Source of the DNA: Trypanosoma brucei
Lineage: Eukaryota
DNA length: 64,000 bases
Assembly (NCBI GenBank): GCA_000002445.1
Contig: CP000068.1
Location: forward strand, 928,001 to 992,000
Direction of reading: 5' to 3'
Shown here in pieces: positions 61,045 to 64,000 of this stretch. A program made the position numbers and the translations under genes. Below the pieces are notes generated by a model. The model had not been told where the DNA came from, searched no databases, and worked only from the letters and a program-made list of their open reading frames with translations. Each line of letters begins with the position of its first letter. The stretch's first letter is position 1.

Positions 61045-62948
61045 GACCACTTCCTCCCCGTCTCCTTTCCTGCTCCAGGTAGCTGTCAAATGATTACAAA
61101 TGCAATCACAGACGCCAACGCGAAGTAATAGAGGAAAGCGGTGGTAATGACTATTATTAGTACCAATGGTAGAAGAAAATGGAACACTAAAGTAAAAAAA
61201 AAAAGAAAACTGTCCGTCAGACAGCCAAGGCGCGCGTATGTACCCTGCTACTACTAATGCTTCTGCTGACGCGCCACGCTGTTAACAGGCACCCTAAGGA
61301 GCCTTGACGTAAGAAGTGACGTAGCAAAAAAAAAAAAAAATGGAGTTAAAAGTGGAAGTGGCATATATGTGGGGTAAATTAATAACTTTAGTGTTGAAAA
61401 TATAACGGAGACAGCACAGTTCTTCTACAATAATGATACATATATATATATATATATATCTTTTTTAAAAATTTTGAACCTTTGCGTTATATTATGGCGT
61501 GTTACTCTTACCCGGCTCCTCTTTTAGAATGCATTCACGTGGAGAGGGAAAGGGTAAAAACATATAAGCAAAGAAGCACTTTTTAACGGAGGGAGTAAAT
61601 CAAGGTTAACACGGGAACAAACGAGTAGAAAAAAATGGGAACTTTAGTTAAAACGATCTCAGAACAAATCAGAACACCCACTAACTCTCAAGGGGGACGA
61701 ACAAGAGCGAAATGATGGGGAAACGGACCGCTACCCTCTTCTACATTTTTTTTAAAAAAAAAATTGTGGTGGAACTCACATGCGGGTCTGAGCAACGGGA
61801 AGTCATTAGTGCCGTTGTCGCTCCTTCTCTTACTTGCATTTTTTTCTTTACCACGTCCCTCCCCCTTTTTTTTTTCCTCCAAGTAATGTGACTGAAATGA
61901 ATAGAAGAGCGAAATAAGTGCTTGGAAACGTGTAAACTGCCACAAACAAACGCACAAAAAGGAAAAATACAGAAACCAGCATCCCCTACACTCAAGATGG
62001 TTCTGCCATCCTGCAGCACAACACAAAGTAAGAGTGGCAACGTTCTTCTTTACAAAAAAAAAAATGATTGTCCCTTATTTTAACTGATGGAGAGCCCACA
62101 CCAACCAAAAACAACACTACATAATATTATCATGCTGAAGCGCATATGGGAGACTTGCAGACGATAATGTGCGAGATAATTGCGCGAAGTCCGCTGAAAA
62201 GGTCGAAGAGGAAAGGAAGGGGAAATATGGAGGCCAGACGGCGAAGAAAAACAAAAGGGAAGGGTTGTGGGGACAAGCAAAAAAAAAAAAACAGAATAAA
62301 AACTCGCGAAGAACTACATGTAGAGTGAACAGTGAAGAGAAAAGACACTTCAACAGAAGGAGTACAAAACAACACTGGTACCAAATGTTTGCGAGGAAAC
62401 GTGGCTCACAAACCTGTTACCGAGCATATTTCTGGAACTCATTGGTTTATTTTCTGTTGAAGGTGCAATGAATTTAGAATGACATGAAAAAGAAAAAAAA
62501 AGTCTTCTCGCCCCCCCCCCCAACATTCCTTCTCTTTCCCCTCTTAGTATCTTTCCCCATTTTATTTCCTTCCCCTAGACTTTTTCATGCGGATAAATTA
62601 GCTCAGACACCACATACACACACACACACCGTACCATACCGCCTTCCCTTCTTCACATTATCCACACTGTTATAATCGCTATAGTTTCTTTCCTACTCGT
62701 CTCTCATATCTTTTCCTGACGGTCTGCTCCCTCCTTTCCTTAACTTCAACACAAACATTGTTACTATTATAATCACCATTATTTTTTTTCCTCGCTTTGC
62801 TTGCAGTGCACACTCAATTCCGCACATAAGTGTCTACATACACCCACCATCTCACGCAGGTACGGTTGGCCTCATTCCCAACGGAAGGAAACTCAACCCG
62901 ACAAAAACGTAAGAGAGAGAGAGAGGAAAAAAAAAAAGAAAGAAGACA

Positions 62949-64000
62949 TTACTTTTCAAAGAGCGTGGTGAGAGAATTTTCTGTATGAAGTTTCTCAATG
63001 GCACGTGCAAGCAACGGAGCAATAGGCAACACGCGCAGCCTCCTGGCGATGTGAGGATTTTTAAAGACCTCGTCGTGCTCTACGCTATCCGTAACCACAA
63101 TAAGATCGATAGGACTTTCTATGAGCCGCTCAACCGCGCGACCTGATATGATGAAGTGCGTTGCGATAAGTATGATACGACTGGCACCTTCCTCCCGCAA
63201 CTTGCAGGCAGTTTGACATATTTCAGTAGCTTCGTCAACAGAGGTATCTACAACAATGCACAGTTTCCCTTGTACATCTCCAACAAGGTCAATGCCTTCA
63301 GAGGTGATCGTGGTATCGCCATCATCTTGGATGGCGCAAATTCCCTGCTCCTGCTGCAGTAGCGCCTGCTCGAAGGCGCGTGTGCTCCCTACATTCGCAC
63401 CGCAATGGTTTATGTTGAGCACAGTATCCTGCAGCCCCCGATAAACCTGGCGCCTTACCGCTGTGCACAGTGGAACGAACTGCTCATCGGGGGAGAGTTT
63501 TTTGTACTGCATTAGCGCGTCTGCGAAATTCTTTGCACGATGAACACCGGCTCCATTGGGTGCCACGACGGTAATATTCCTGAAGTCGTGCCCTTCAGCG
63601 GTCAGCTGGTTCGCAATGTACTGAACGAACTCATACCGCGCTGATATCAGCTCAAGTGGAACGGAAAACATTCCTTCTACCTGATCGATGGGCATGTCAA
63701 CAGTTATTACGTGTTGGCAGCCCATACTCTCCAATATCTCCGCCACTGCAGCCATGGAAGAAACACTTTCAGTAAAGGAAATATAGGGAATAACAGCCGT
63801 AATACGCGCCGCAGAACTTGCTCTTGCCGCATGTATCATGAGAGCAAGTTCCATTAAAGTACCGGAGTGGGACAGACCCACACGATCGCACCTCACCAGT
63901 GACTGAAGCACAAACAAATCGTCGCCGCGAACGGAACGTGGGAGCACCACGTTCACTTCTCCATTTGGATATTGACCGCAACACGGTGGGTAACGGTTGC
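62949..64000 (-). CDS. Second ribose-phosphate pyrophosphokinase (PRPP synthetase)-like protein; its 5' end extends beyond the window
   Basis: RITAVIPYISFTES (compare RVTAVIPCFPYARQD), a VDMP..QVEGMF block at the alignment position of the PP-loop DLHASQIQGFF (that consensus is not conserved here; M replaces H), and GKLCIVVDTSVDEATEICQTACKLREEGASRIILIATHFIISGRAVERL. The frame stays open upstream of the GTG at 63956 to the window edge (..NRYPPCCGQYPNGEV-NVVLPRSVRGDDLFVLQS aligns to human ..[20 protein letters not shown]). Confidence 0.8.
   Translation of the reverse strand, partial: NRYPPCCGQYPNGEVNVVLPRSVRGDDLFVLQSLVRCDRVGLSHSGTLMELALMIHAARASSAARITAVIPYISFTESVSSMAAVAEILESMGCQHVITVDMPIDQVEGMFSVPLELISARYEFVQYIANQLTAEGHDFRNITVVAPNGAGVHRAKNFADALMQYKKLSPDEQFVPLCTAVRRQVYRGLQDTVLNINHCGANVGSTRAFEQALLQQEQGICAIQDDGDTTITSEGIDLVGDVQGKLCIVVDTSVDEATEICQTACKLREEGASRIILIATHFIISGRAVERLIESPIDLIVVTDSVEHDEVFKNPHIARRLRVLPIAPLLARAIEKLHTENSLTTLFEK

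Noticed and set aside
1-64000. Prokaryotic-type systems (CRISPR arrays, restriction-modification or toxin-antitoxin operons, integrons, phage islands)
   Set aside because: All recognisable genes are eukaryotic (STI1, IFT121, SLU7, PARP, eIF2-beta, RNF10-like). Gene organisation is kinetoplastid-polycistronic, and no direct-repeat/spacer arrays are present.

Overview
This window is eukaryotic, not prokaryotic. It looks like a kinetoplastid nuclear chromosome segment and is most consistent with an African trypanosome (Trypanosoma brucei-like). Genes are intronless and densely packed on one strand per block, with pyrimidine-rich tracts upstream and many (TA)n, (CA)n and (CT)n microsatellites between them. 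The 573-aa PARP and the STI1 / Rib72 / PRPP-synthetase / IFT121 / PARP / eIF2-beta order fit what I recall of T. brucei chromosome 5, but I cannot verify synteny here. Two directional gene clusters converge. A plus-strand cluster runs from position 1 to about 35.2 kb: STI1 C-terminus, Rib72/EFHC-like ribbon protein, PRPP synthetase-like, several hypotheticals, a TPMT-family methyltransferase, a mitochondrial heptatricopeptide-repeat protein, SLU7, IFT121/WDR35, PARP, an RNF10-like RING protein and others. A minus-strand cluster runs from the window end down to about 39.3 kb: a partial PRPP synthetase-like gene, two tandem paralogous receptor-type Ser/Thr kinases with kelch-like ectodomains, a LYR-motif protein, eIF2-beta and hypotheticals. 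Between them lies an ORF-free convergent strand-switch region of about 4.1 kb. The ORF track uses alternative start codons (TTG/GTG/CTG), so for several genes I moved the start to the first in-frame ATG. No prokaryotic-style system (CRISPR, operon, mobile-element cargo) is present. The most notable items are the tandem receptor-kinase pair, the strand-switch region and an unusually long AT-rich intergenic region.
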